DNA of 64,000 bases from the human T2T-CHM13v2.0 reference genome, Homo sapiens: the NCBI RefSeq assembly GCF_009914755.1, contig NC_060940.1; one strand, given 5' to 3'. Of the stretch, positions 45,010 through 62,671 are shown in pieces; position 1 is the stretch's first letter, and the number at the start of each line of letters is the position of its first letter. The position numbers and the translations under genes were made by a program. The notes under the pieces are model-generated. The model did no database searches. It worked only from the letters and a program-made list of their open reading frames with translations, and was not told where the DNA came from.

Positions 45010-47432
45010 ATGTACTGTATTTACTATAATGGAAAAAAAACATTTTCCTTTTGAAACATGCAAATGATCCACTGTCCACAGAGACTTCATATTTCCACCT
45101 GGGCCTGAGTGTCCTAAAACTAAGAGGGCTCCACATTGGCCATATGGAGAGTGACCTGAATCTCAGGAAGTGAAAACTGAGTCTGGGTCTCTTTTGTTCT
45201 CCTTCTGGAAACATCTGTGCAATTCAAGTGATGCAGTTTCTGCACATTACAGACAGTGATTGAGACTAGTCTCTTTTTGTAACAGGTTGATAGAAAATGG
45301 CTGTCATTTCCATGCCTGCTTTTCCAAACCTAAGGGCCTAGCATTATTGTGAACTGAATTGACACCCAGAGACTTCATCTGCTGGGGGGACAAGGAAGGA
45401 ATTCAGTGACGTCTCTATTTGTCATCAGAAACTCAAATCGCTGCTTAGCTTCGGCAGGTCTCTGTCTCCTTGTAGTACCCTGCACCTGTCTATATGAACC
45501 GTCTTGTTTTGCTGACAGCAACATTGTCTTCTTAGAATTAACAGCCTATGGGGGAATGTTTTATGCTACAATATTTAAGTACTTCCCCTCCAGACCATGC
45601 AAGCCAGAGAGGTGGAGCACTTCACAAGGCCTGATCTGCTCACACGGGTCCACAGGTTCCTTCCGGCACACAGCTGGCTGGCCACACCCTCTAACAGGGC
45701 CCATGGTTCGACCTCCCCAACAGCTTCTAACTCCTCCTTCTACAGCAGTTTCTTTTCTTGAAGTGTTGTGACTTTTCCCAAAATCCAACCTGTCTGTCTT
45801 CAAAGAAAGTAACAGACAACGGCCTTGTTGCCCTCTGTTTTTCTGGATCACCTGTGCTCAAGCTCTATTAGCATACACCAAACCAGCTTTACATTCACGC
45901 AGTCTTTCCACAAAAACCGATTCGCTCTCGCTCTCCCTCTCCCTCTCCCTCCCCCTCTCCCTCCCCCTCCCTCTCCCTCCCCCTCTCCTCCCCCTCCCCC
46001 TCCCTCTCCCTCCACAGTCTCCCTCTCCCTCTCCCTCTCTCTCCACGGTCTCCCTCTGATGCCGAGCGGAGGCTGGACTGTACTGCCGCCATCTCGGCTC
46101 ACTGCAACCTCCCTGCCTGATTCTCCTGCCTCAGCCTGCTGAGTGCCTGGGATTGCAGGCACGCGCCGCCACGCCTGACTGGTTTTTGCTGGAGTGCAGT
46201 GGCGTGATCTCGGCTCGCTACAACCCCCACCTCCCAGCCACCTGCCTTGGCCTCCCAAAGTGCTGAGATTGCAGCCTCTGCCCGGCCGCCACCTCGTCTG
46301 GGAAGTGAGGAGCGTCTCTGCCTGGCCGCCCATCGTCTGGGATGTGAGGAGCCCCTCTGCCCGGCTGCCCAGCCTGGGAAGTGAGGAGCGCCTCTTCCCG
46401 GCCGCCATCCTGTCTGGGAACTGACGAGCGTCTCTGACCGGCCGCCCATCGTCTGAGATGTGGGGAGTGCCTCTGCCCCGCCGCCCCGTCTGGGATGTGA
46501 GGAGTGCCTCTATCCGGCCGCGACCCCGTCTGGGAACTGAGGAGTGTCTCTGCCCAGCCGCCACCCTGTCTGGGAGGTGAGGAGCGTCTCTGCCCGGCCG
46601 CCCGGTCTGAGAAGTGAGGAGCCCCTCCGCCCGGCAGCCGCCCCCTCCGGGAAGTGAGGAGCGTCTCCGCCCAGCAGCCACCCCATCCGGGAGGTGGGGG
46701 GCAGCCCCCGCCCGGCCAGCCGCCCCGTCTGGGAGGGAGGTGGTGGATGCCTCTGCCCGGCTGCCCCGTCTGGGAAGTGAGGATCTGCCCGGCCGCCACC
46801 CCGTCTGGGAGGAGTACCCAACAGCTCATTGAGAATGGGCCATGATGATGATGGTGGTTTTGTCAAATAGAAAAGGGGGAAATGTGGGGAAAAGAAAGAG
46901 AGATCAGATTGTTACTGTGTCTGTGTGCAAAGAGGTAGACATGGGAGACTCCATTTTGTTCTGTACTAAGAAAAATTCTTCTGCCTTGGGATGCTGTTAA
47001 TCTATAACCTTACCCCCAACCCTGTGCTCTCTGAAACATGTGCTGTGTCCACTCAGGGTTAAATGGATTAAGGGCGGTGCAAGATGTACTTTGTTAAACA
47101 GATGCTTGAAGGCAGCATACTCGTTAAGAGTCATCACCACTCCCTAATCTCAACTACCCAGGGACACAAACACACGGAAGGCTGCAGGGTCCTCTGCCTA
47201 GGAAAACCAGAGACCTTTGTTCACATGTTTATCTGCTGACCTTCCCTCCACTGTTGTCCTATGACCCAGCCAAATCCCCCTCTCCGAGAAACACCCAAGA
47301 ATGATCAATAAATACTAAAAAAAAAAAACAAAAAACTGATTCGGCTACGGTAAAGTAGTAAACAGAATCTGCATGAATTTTTGGAGAAGTTAGACTTCAT
47401 TCTAATACATTATTGCTGGAATGCAAAGACAT
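45010..47432 (-). pseudogene. Candidate fossil exon interrupted by the SVA
   Basis: ctctctctcag| acceptor at 47432; frame rejoins across the SVA target-site duplication; 3' boundary uncertain. Confidence 0.4.
45925..47330 (+). mobile_element. SVA retrotransposon, full-length architecture, older subfamily (SVA_A-C-like), antisense to KLHDC4
   Basis: (CCCTCT)n head, antisense Alu-like region, GC-rich VNTR, SINE-R, AATAAA and poly(A); TSD AAAAAC(C/T)GATTCG at 45912-45924 and 47331-47343. Confidence 0.95.
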
Positions 47433-48784
47433 CTGAGAGAGAGATCAAGTGTCAACATGGAGGGTGAGCGCAACAGGGCTGGCTCTGGAATTACTTAGCA
47501 TCCGGCTGAGACCCCAGAGCCCAGCAGAGCTGTGCCTGAACGTTTGGAGGCGCATCGGCCGCACACGCCAAGTCCCAACGGGCCCCCACCTCCCGCACAA
47601 TGTAGTACAGGCCACCTAGCTTAGCCTGCAGCCACATCCCCTGATGAGACCCCACCTCCCGCAGAAGTACAGGCCACTTAGCTTAGCCTGCAGTGAGTCC
47701 TCAATGCAGCTGCTTTGGCTCACCCGGCTGTCGGCTCAGACGCCGACCCATTTCAATCATCAGGAGAGGAGAAGACACACAGGGCCGCCCCAAGGACCCC
47801 GTCACCAGCTCAGGCCAGGTCACAGAATGGGCCGGCGGTGCAGTGGTAGGTAGATAAAGGCCGGGGAGCGTTTGTGGGAGAAGACGGCCAGACGACTGGT
47901 CCTGGGAGAAGACAGTGCTAACGGCAGCACTGATGTTCACCGAAATCACAATCAGGCAGGGATAGGGTGTCGGTTCCAAGCGGACGTGTGTGAACACAGA
48001 AACCATGGGGGCCGCTCCTTCCCACACCACTGAGACTGTCCATCCAGGCGCCCGAAGACGACTCCTAAACCACCTTTGCCAGACGCAGGTCCAGCAACCC
48101 ATCAAGAGCACAGCTCGGGCAAGCAGCGACCGCACGCACCGTGCCCTCCTCACCACACAACCACAGGTGATGAGCCCCTGCGGAGACGCCGCGCCCCTGG
48201 GGAGACGCCGCACCACATCAGTGCACAGGAGGCATCTCACGTTTTGCGGGGCTTGGGAGAGAGGGACCCATGACGAGAGGACCCCCGCCCAACCACGTGT
48301 CGCGAGAGCAGCATGAAGCCGCGCGCCCCCTCCAGGCAGAGCTGCTGCTAAAATGACACCCTGTCGGTTACGGTTAGCATCACTTCCATCAGCACCACTT
48401 CTAGTCAGCTTCCTTTTGAAAACTGCTTCAGGGAAGCTGCTCCAGAAGCCCATGCATGTGCCCTGCCACAGCCGCAGCCTCTTTGGGGACACTGCTGTCG
48501 CGATGGTTTCTGCAGAGCCAGCCCGGGGTCCCCACCGTGCCTGCCTCTCCAGTCACTCAGTCCTTTCTCCTGGAACCTGGTCAAGTCCCTCTGCGTGTCT
48601 GAACCGGGACAAGGCCCTGCCTGCTTCCATACCTGAAGCTGGGCCCCAGGGCACCTTCCCATCCACATCCGAGACCACCTTCTTAACGGCCAACGGCCAC
48701 TCAACCCCCCACAGCCAAGACTTCTACCTGTCGCTTTCCAAGACTGAACATTTTCAGCTTCGCCATTAAAAAATACACCCAGAA

Positions 48785-49085
<301 letters not shown>

Positions 49086-51389
49086 TACACCCAGAAACAG
49101 GTGTGGCCACAGGTCTGCGTGTGCTGGAACATGAGTAGAAGCCACTGTCGCGCCCAATTCCCCAGCACGAGACAAGCTGAGACAACCTGCAGCCAGTGAC
49201 CTGGGAGAGCTGGGCACGGACCTCAGGGGCCAGGTGAGCACGGAGCTCTGGCTCCGAGGTCAGCCGGGATCTCCCAAGTCACACAGTCCACACTCGCAAC
49301 AACTCTGTCTGCTTCTGGTATTCCAGGAGCTCAGCTCCCAAGTGGCAAATGAAAGGACGCTCTGGCCTCTGCCAGCATGCTCCACGGCCTCGCGGTAACA
49401 GTGGGGCGTGCAGAGAACAGCCCTCTCCTGGTTATGCATGGACGTTATCTCCTGACCTCCAGGCGCACAATGACAACTGAGGTCAAAACGCAGGCAGGAA
49501 GGAGGGCCCCGTCCTCAGCAGGACTCCGCCCCTCGCTGCCCATGTGTCCATGGAAACAGACCACTAGGTGATAAACCTTCCACCGTCGCGCCCCCACCCT
49601 CCCCATCCAAACACCATTTCCAAAGAGCTGTGCTGGTTCCCTGACTCTCTAAAGGAACGAGAACTCCCCCTCTCCAGAAGCTCCCACGACACCAGAAGCA
49701 CATACTAAGGACTGAGTCTTTGACACGTGAATGTTGCTGGGTCTAAGGACTGAGTCTTTGACACGTGAATGCTGCTGGGTCTGCTGTCCCACACGCTGCA
49801 TCTCTTTCGTTAGGATACAAGTCATCATAGTCAAAGCACTAGCTGGACCCAGACTGACTCGGAATTTATAAAACGTGGTTACGATACTGACCAAAGCTGC
49901 CGGTTCTTCGTGGCAGCGCAGAGCCTGGAGGGTGTTTAAAGTCCTCCCAAGGCTACTCAGATGCATCTCCTGAGGGAGCCTGGGACGGGATCTGGTTACA
50001 GGAGGAGGAAGGAGGGCAGGTGTCTGTGAGTTCCTCTTAATCTACAGGCAGGTCCAGCCCCAAGGTCAAGGCTCTGAGCACTACTGGCCACTTCATGAAC
50101 CCGAGCTCTTCACATGTCAAACTCTGGAGCCTTGCCATGCAGAACCACGGTCAGAATGCCTTCATCTGATCAAACACTGTCAAGCACGCCACTGTCCAGG
50201 CACCAGGCACGCAAGTGGACAGAAGACTGGCCCTGTGAGACTCTCTTCTCCGGGCTGAGAGACAATGGCCAAGTCTGTAACCAGCAGGGAGGATGGTGAG
50301 CAGAAGGACAAGGACACGCAGGGGGATGGAAACTGGGGCCGCCCTGCTGAGACGAGGACCATGGGGGTTCTGCATAGAGGAGACCTGGCCTGGCTTGCAT
50401 CTCTGCAGGTCACTCCAGCTGCTGCACTGTGGTGTGATCCTGAGGGCCCCGGGGAGGCGCCAGGTCTGGCAGGAGAGTGCAGTGCATGGCAGTGGGCAGG
50501 GGTCAGGCACTCTCCAAGCCACCTCTACTTGCTCAGTGAAATGTGAGGTGAGGGTGGGTGGCGGGTGGCAGGACCTCCTGGGAGCATGGACGGGGCCTGC
50601 GTCGGAGAGAGGCGTGTGCCCACAGTGTGTGGGGTCTTCTCTGGCCTGGGCCGCGCAGCAGCACAGCACAGCTGGGTCATGCCAAGAGGACAGAGCATGG
50701 CGGGTGAGGGTGTAATGGCGCCAGAGCAAGGACGAGCTTCCCCCAGCCCCAAGCTCAGGTACGGGCCATGTACCAAAGTTTCTATCAGTTCGTGCACACT
50801 GCCGCTTCAGCCATGGCGCAGCTGACCACCTGCTTAGGCTACCGACTTTTTTTTACACTCCAAACCATTCACAACTCAAATCTCTCGCTAATTCTGACAA
50901 ATCTCTCATGAATCCAAACAGACAAGCTTTTCACTGCAATTCCAAATGCCACAGGCTCAGAGCCAAGAGCTACTGAACTAAGTGGATTGAGATCACCCAC
51001 CGTCAGACTGAGGGCGGGTGCACGTGGCTGCAGACAGCAGCTGCTGAGAATGACACGCGACTCTGATGAAAGCGATACAGCTTAGCCGGTCTGGCTGTTC
51101 ACCGTCCTGCTGCACTCTACGACACATCTGCTGGGAGAAAGCACTAGACCGGGGCATCCTGCCTGGCTTTCAGCCAAGTCAGCCTGTTCTCAGTGCCCTC
51201 CCACATGCCAGAATATCTAGACAAGCCTGACCGATGCCAGCCACTACTCCAGAAAATAGGGTGATTTTCTCTGTGCAGAACAAAAGATGACCAAGAAAAA
51301 AATCGGGTCATTCCGATCAACTCGGTACAATCTCTGACCAACTGCCATTAAAAGGCTGAAATCCTTTATTGCCAAGGCAGCAGAATGAA

Positions 51390-52930
<1,541 letters not shown>

Positions 52931-52948
52931 CATAGGAAATTACCACCG

Positions 52949-53111
52949 ACTACAGGCGCCCGCCACCACGCCCGGCTAATTTTTTGTATTTTTAGTAGAG
53001 ACGGGGTTTCACAGTGTTAGCCAGGATGGTCTCGATCTCTTGACCTCGTGAGCCGCCCGCCTCGGCCTCCCAAAGTGCTGGGATTACAGGCGTGAGCCAC
53101 CGCGCCCAGCC
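52949..53111 (-). mobile_element. AluY 5' half, tail missing
   Basis: gtgttagccaggatggtctcgatctc diagnostic. Confidence 0.85.
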
Positions 53112-53813
53112 TAAGCATAGCAAAATCTTAATAGCAGGATCTAGGAGGAGTATACAGGTGTTCCCCGTAAAATTCTTTCAAAAGTTAGCTGTGGTTGAAA
53201 ATTTTCAAAATACAAAGGATTTTTTAAACCCCTACAGGGAGATACTACTTCATACCTCTCAGATTCACAGAAATGTAAAGGTTGGCAGAGTGTGAAATGG
53301 GAGTGAAGCAACAGGAACACTTGAGTTCCGAGGACAGAGCCTGTGCCAGCCGCCTCTGTGAAGCACACGCCCCACGAGCAGCAGGCACATGTGAGGAGCA
53401 CACACTCCACGAGCAGATGCCAGTACACGTGCAGAGCACACGCCCCAAGAGCAGGAGGCTCCGGGGTGGGCGCGAGAACATTCCTGTCAGCACTGTTCTC
53501 AGGTTACCAAAGAAACAAGCCCGTTAACAGGAGCGAGGAGAATTTCATTCCACAGAGACTACTACACAGTAGTGAGCGTCCATGGTGCAGGAAGGAGACC
53601 CTCAGAACACAGAATCGCTCACACTGCACTGCTGACAGGGGTGTGGAGAACAGAACAGGGCCCTAACACGGCACCAAGTTCACAGAGGAGCCGATTAACA
53701 CTATCTCTATTTCTAATTCTATACAAAGAACTGTTTATATTCAACCAATGAGTAATCCCATGTGAAAGCTTCAATGTTCATGAAACTGAAGAGACCACAG
53801 ACAGCAGCGCCTA

Positions 53814-54815
<1,002 letters not shown>

Positions 54816-55725
54816 TTAAAGGTAAATTTCCTACTGTTTGGGGAAAAACTCAAACCATTTTTCTCCTCTGCTCTTACACCAACACAACAATCAACACAGA
54901 AACGTGGCCGCTTTCCCTGCAACGAGCCAGAGACGCCAGTCAGGTCTCCTCAAACTCAATCTTGACGCAATCTACCTGGAGACAGGGCAACATTTTTACC
55001 AAGTCACCTGTTTAATTCAAGTTTGAATTTATATGAAAGGACCACAAGCACGTATGAGTTTGCATTTGAAAACCGGAAATAATGCTGGCCCACAGAGGCA
55101 GAGGAATTTAATCTGAAAGCCATACTGCGTTTTCTTACACAGTTAACACAATCAGAGACAATTCCATTAGGTTATTAGGTGTGCAACCGTAAGGGCAGCA
55201 GTGAATGGCGCCTCCAAAGGGATGATCAGAACGGAGGTGTGAGCAGCCTGGCAGCAAGGGTGGTAAGGCCCCACAGTGGACTGGAGGGGTGAGCGAGGGG
55301 ACTGGGCGCTCCAGGGAAACTGAAGACCACAGAAGCCGACCCTCTGTGCCCGAAATCACAGCGCGGCAAGGAGGCCCCGCAGCCTTGCCCTGCTCAGTGC
55401 CTGCCGGACCCAGCACGCAGACTGGGCTGAACAGGGAAGTGGCAGCTTTGCTGGAGGCATGGGGAGACTCGGAGGCGCACCCAGAAAGTCCTGTCCTAAT
55501 GTGGAACTTTGACACAATTATCGTGAAAGCGTAAGGGGCTGCTCTCCAGCTACTCAAAAAGGAGAGCCAAACTCATTTTTTAAGGAAAGCATGGAAGAGC
55601 AAGCAGCTCTAGCCCAAGTCTCAAGTGCCCGGTTTTCTCCTGTTTGTTCCTGTTTTGTGTGAAGCAGGAAAAGTCACAGGGCGTTTACCCAGCACCAGCT
55701 GCCACATCTGGTCTTAAGATAAACA

Positions 55726-56025
55726 GCCTGGGCACAGTGGCTCACACCTGCAATCCCAGCACTTTGGGAGTCTCAGGCAGGTAGATCACTTGAGGCGAGG
55801 AGTTCAGAAACAGCCTGGACAATATGGTGAAACCTTGTCTCTACTAAAAACACAAAAAATTAGCCAAGCATGGGGGCGGGTGCCTATAATCCCAGCTACT
55901 CAGGAGGCTGAGGCACGAGAATAGTTTGAACCTACGAGGTGGAGGCTACAGTGAGCTGATCACGCCACTGCACTCCAGCCTGGGCGATCGAGTGAGAATC
56001 TGTCTCAAAAAAAGAAGAAAGAAAA
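55726..56025 (+). mobile_element. Alu (J/S)
   Basis: Alu consensus. Confidence 0.88.
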
Positions 56026-56520
56026 GATAACCTGACCTTGCTGACTGCAACTCAGACTGACCACATCCTTCGCAGGACGATGGCTCTTAATATAGATAGA
56101 ATCTGAGGAATGTGGAAATGTGGAAGCGTGTAATCTTTAAAAGACTGCTACAGACCACTGTTTTTTTCAGATTTCACGTCGCAGATTTTTAGTACAAAGA
56201 TTCTACTTTGCACGTAAGATAAATACAGAATATTTTCTCTATAAATGCAGAATAGAGTTTAAGGAAAACTCCCAAGTTGGTATTTGAATAATTTTAAACA
56301 AGATAACAACAGCTTTGAAAAAAGTTCTGATTTTAAAATGGTTGCAAGTTAAAACAAACATGAAGCATGATTTGATTTATAACCTGTAAGTTCAAAGGAG
56401 GAAGGGGCTGTACAATCTCACTGTCCTACACATAGTAGGTAATGAATTAATGCTCTGACAAACTTATGTGTGCATTCTGACAATTATTTGTTTTAAAATA
56501 AATTTTAAGAATGAACATAA

Positions 56521-56898
56521 GGCTAGGCGCGGGGGCTCAAGCCTATAATCACAGCACTTTGGGAGGCCGAGGCATGTGGATCATGAGGTCAGGAGTTCGA
56601 GACCAGCCTGGCGAACATAGTGAAACCCCGTCTCTACTAAAAATACAAAAATTAGCTGGGCATGCGGCTCACTTCAACATCCGCCTCCCCAGTTCAAGCG
56701 ATTCTCTTGTATCAGCCTCCCGAGTGCCTGGGATTAAAGGTGTGCACCACCACACCTGGCTAATTTTTTGTATTTTTTAGTAGAGATGAGTTTTTGCCAT
56801 GTTGGCCAGGCTGGTCTCAAACTTCTGGCCTCAAGTGATCCACCCACCTCAGCCTCCCAAAGTGCTGAGATTACACATGTGAGCCACTGTACCCAGCC
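56521..56898. mobile_element. Fused inverted Alu pair (+ 56521-56664; - 56665-56898), both tail-less
   Basis: Junction attagctgggcatg|cggctcacttcaac. Confidence 0.88.
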
Positions 56899-57131
56899 TT
56901 AAATACTTTTTAGTTTGAATTACATTTTTAAATCTTTCCCCCTTGAAAAGTATTTAAGAATTTGGATCCCTTTTCCCCCCGAATTCACAAAATTAATGAG
57001 ACTATATCAGTGAAGAAAATCTGAAACCCGGCTGGGCGCGGTGGCTTACGCCTGTAATCCCAGCACTCTGGGAGGCTGTACAGACTTATCACGATGGATC
57101 AAGAATCACGAGAGGGTGCGACTGGACTCAC

Positions 57132-57435
57132 CATGTGACAAAGGTGTGAGTGGCACCTTCACATCAATCAATTGCCATGCTGGTTCCTGAGGGACCAGTA
57201 GAGAAAGAGGGCTTCAAATGAGGCCCCGGAGATACAGACAGCCACTGTCTCTGACACCACGATGCCAGCAGAGAGCCTTCAAAGATGACCTTCACCAGGG
57301 TTGCAGAGTCTGCGACACTTCACTCAGAACACAACTGCACTTATGACAGAAACAGGGATAACCAGCTCCCCTGTGTCTTGCTTTTCTGGACTGAACTAAG
57401 TAAGCTCAAGAAGATAACGTGAGCAGATAACAGGC
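57132..57435 (-). pseudogene. Candidate fossil exon (PVICSRYLLELT*FSPEKQDTGELVIPVSVISAVVF...)
   Basis: ctctctcattgttttag| acceptor and ATG|gtgagt donor; protein-like translation with stops. Confidence 0.5.
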
Positions 57436-57597
57436 CTAAAACAATGAGAGAGCCCGCAGCTCACCCTGGGCAGCCATGCCAGCTGCACGAACACCCACGT
57501 GACATCAAAAGAGAACCGCAGGCCTCTTCCGGCATCGCTGTGGAGAGTGTGCTATCACTGCTCTCCCGGACAGGAGTGTTTTGAAGTGATTACAGAC

Positions 57598-57763
57598 CCG
57601 TGGCTCTCAAAGTGAAGTCCCCTGGCCAGCAACGTCAACATCACCTGGGAGCTTGTTAAAATGCAGATTCCTGGGCCTCACTCCAGGCCTCTGACTCAGA
57701 GCTGCGATCAGCACTCTAACCAGCCCTCTAGGGTATTCTGAACCAGGCTAAGGTTTGAGAATC
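57598..57763 (+). mobile_element. MER5A
   Basis: gtggctctcaaagtg...catcacctgggagcttgttaaaatgcagattcctgggcc...aggtttgagaa. Confidence 0.8.
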
Positions 57764-57767
57764 CCAT

Positions 57768-58091
<324 letters not shown>

Positions 58092-58300
58092 TAGAACTAG
58101 CCACATCATTTGCAGGACCTGGTGTAAAATTAAAATGTGGGGTCCCTTGTTCAACAATGGTTAAGAATTTCAATAGGAATACAGCATGAAGCCAGTGTGA
58201 GGCCCGGTGTGAGGCCCTTTGGAGGGCAAGGCCCTGTGTGGCTGCCCAAAGCTCATGAAGCTGGATTTGGGAGGATGGGTGCGTCTTTCTTGTGTATTCA

Positions 58301-58519
<219 letters not shown>

Positions 58520-58729
58520 CTAAAGACGACAACAACAAACAAAATCCAATTTTTACACTGATTTCTGTTTTGTGAGCACTTACTGCTCACAAATTAAATA
58601 CCATTTAATCTGATCTATCAACTACCAAAACCATCCTGCTAAGAGCCCAGCTAGCTAAGCTCAAACCTCAAGAATAAAACAGGAGAACATCTCCAAGACC
58701 TTGGACTGCATAAAGATTTCCTAGGTAGA

Positions 58730-60305
<1,576 letters not shown>

Positions 60306-60542
60306 TATAAAAATACATGGCAATAAAAAAATACAAAAAGCAAATTTAAAACCTTAAAAATACACACAAATAATACAATCACACACAAATAACACATAAA
60401 TAACTACAATCAACCTCCCTAGTAATCAAAGAATTTCAAATAAAGCAGAGATACCATTTTATTCTATCAACTTGACAAAGATGTTTAAGAATTAGATTCT
60501 TTAAAATACTGCATGTCACGGGACAATGCTCGAAAAACAGCA

Positions 60543-61025
60543 CGTGAAAAGGCAGGTCCAAAGCAAATCCTATCCCAGCTTCTACAGGTAAAAAGGCAGG
60601 TGCAAAGCAAATCCTATCCCAGCTTCTACAGGTGAAAAGGCAGGTGCAAAGCAAATCCTATCCCAGCTTCTACAGGTGAAAAGGCAGGTGCAAAGCAAAT
60701 CCTATCCCAGCTTCTATAGGTGAAAAGGCAGGTGCAAAGCAAATCCTATCCCAGCTTCTATAGGTGAAAAGGCAGGTGCAAAGCAAATCCTATCCCAGCT
60801 TCTATAGGTGAAAAGGCAGGTGCAAAGCAAATCCTATCCCAGCTTCTATCGGTGAAAAGGCAGGTGCAAAGCAAATCCTATCCCAGCTTTTATCGGTGAA
60901 AAGGCAGGTGCAAAGCAAATCCTATCCCAGCTTCTATCGGTGAAAAGGCAGGTGCAAAGCAAATCCTATCCCAGCTTCTACAGGTGAAAAGGCAGGTGCA
61001 AAGCAAATCCTAACCCAGCTTCTAC
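60543..61025. repeat. 44-bp minisatellite, 11 copies (ggtgaaaaggcaggtgcaaagcaaatcctatcccagcttctaca)
   Basis: Direct inspection. Confidence 0.95.
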
Positions 61026-61373
61026 ATGGGTGGTTCTCAGTGGTTTTCTTGTCTTAATCGTTTCCTGCATCTCCCAGCAGTCCTCCAGTGAGCAGGCGTG
61101 ACTTTCACAACCAGAGAGAGGAGCAACAAAACAGACAGGGGTGGTGAGGAGGCGCTCGGGCAGCAGGTGCTCAGAAAGCTCGCAGAGGTGCTTACGCCGG
61201 CCACAGATGTGCAGGGCGCCCAGGCACAGAGGAGGCGGGGCACACAGGAATGGCTTTGGGCTGCAACATCAGGCTGAACAGGGTGCGTGTGCTGGGACTA
61301 CCCAGGGAATCTCCTAGAGCCGCAGGCACCAGGGCAGGGCCTTAAGGAGGGTTGCTGGGCACAGTCACTGCAG

Positions 61374-61595
61374 CCACTCCCTGGGATCCTCACTGATGAC
61401 CTGCCTCGCCTCCTACTTAGGAATCCACTCCCTGGGATCCTCACTGATGACCTGCCTCGCCTCCTACTTAGGAATCCACTCCCTGGGATCCTCACTGATG
61501 ACCTGCCTCTCCTCCTACTTAGGAATCCACTCCCTGGGATCCTCACTGATGACCTGCCTCGCCTCCTACTTAGGAATCCACTCCCTGGGATCCTC
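61374..61595. repeat. 51-bp tandem repeat, ~4.3 copies
   Basis: 17-aa periodicity NPLPGILTDDLPRLLLR. Confidence 0.93.
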
Positions 61596-61830
61596 CGTGG
61601 CTTTCACACCCACTCTCTGCCTGGCCCTCCCACCTCTCCACACAGGTCACAGCAACTCTGGGCTGCAAAGGATGGTTACAGCTTCAATCACGCAAGTCAG
61701 TGCCTATTTAGATAATGCATTCTTCCTCCATTTATTTTTTGTGCATGTTACACAGCTGTCCCCAAAACCCACTTACAGGGTTTTATGTAAAAGCCCAGAA
61801 ATGGGCAGGTACCCTAAAAAACACAAGAGG

Positions 61831-62122
61831 GCCGGGCGCGGTGGCTCACGCCTGTCATCCCCAGCACTTTGAGAGGCCAAGGTGGGCGGATCACGAGGTC
61901 AGGAGCTCAAGACCAGCCTCACCAACATGGTGAAACCCTGTCTATACTAAAAATACAGTAATTAGCTTGGCGTCGTGGAGGCACCTGTAATGCCAGCTAC
62001 TCAGGAGGCTGAGGCAGGAGAATTGCTTGAACCCAGGAGGTGGGAGCTGCAGTGAGCCGACACTGCGCCACTGCACTCCAGTCTGGGCGATAGAGCAAGA
62101 CTCCGTCTCAAGAAAAAAAAAA
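61831..62122 (+). mobile_element. AluS
   Basis: TSD aaaaaacacaaga. Confidence 0.9.
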
Positions 62123-62209
62123 CACAAGACATCAAGACATGGAATCTCAAACGTAAAAGGAAGCTTGAGTGATCTAATCCAAGTTTACTGAAGTTCAGAG
62201 ATAATTCAC

Positions 62210-62349
62210 CACATCATCAGGGTGACTGCCAGGAGTCTTCGCTTGCTCCAAGCTGGAGCGAATTCGGTTCTCACTGCTCAAACGCGGGATCCCACCAGCT
62301 TCTCTCCTCTAGCACCCTCCATCATATCAGCACCCCTTTCAATGTATCA
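62210..62349 (-). pseudogene. Candidate fossil exon (DTLKGVLI*WRVLEE...)
   Basis: gtcattttcag| acceptor and GTG|gtgaat donor around apparently non-repeat, coding-like sequence with stops. Confidence 0.35.
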
Positions 62350-62671
62350 CTGAAAATGACAACCACACCCCTCCATGGAATGTCAACCAGAAGCAATCAG
62401 TTCCTTTTTCTAGACACCAATTCTATTAATCCAACCCGGAGTTGGCATGAGCCTTTGGGGTGGCCTCTTCACATAGTGATACCCAGCAGGATCTCAGCTC
62501 ACTAAGTTTCTTTGGAGTCCTGCAAGCTGGCCTCACTTCACAGTTCCACAGACTCCACAGCAGCTCCATCCCCTCCGGGCTTGGCACCGCAGGGGACAGC
62601 ACCATCCAGCGGACACACTACACATGAGAGTCAATTGAGAAGAAAACCCCACACATGCGGAGCAAGAAAAG

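Noticed and set aside
45848-46866. Several 100-277-aa ORFs
   Set aside because: All derive from the SVA hexamer, Alu-like and VNTR regions
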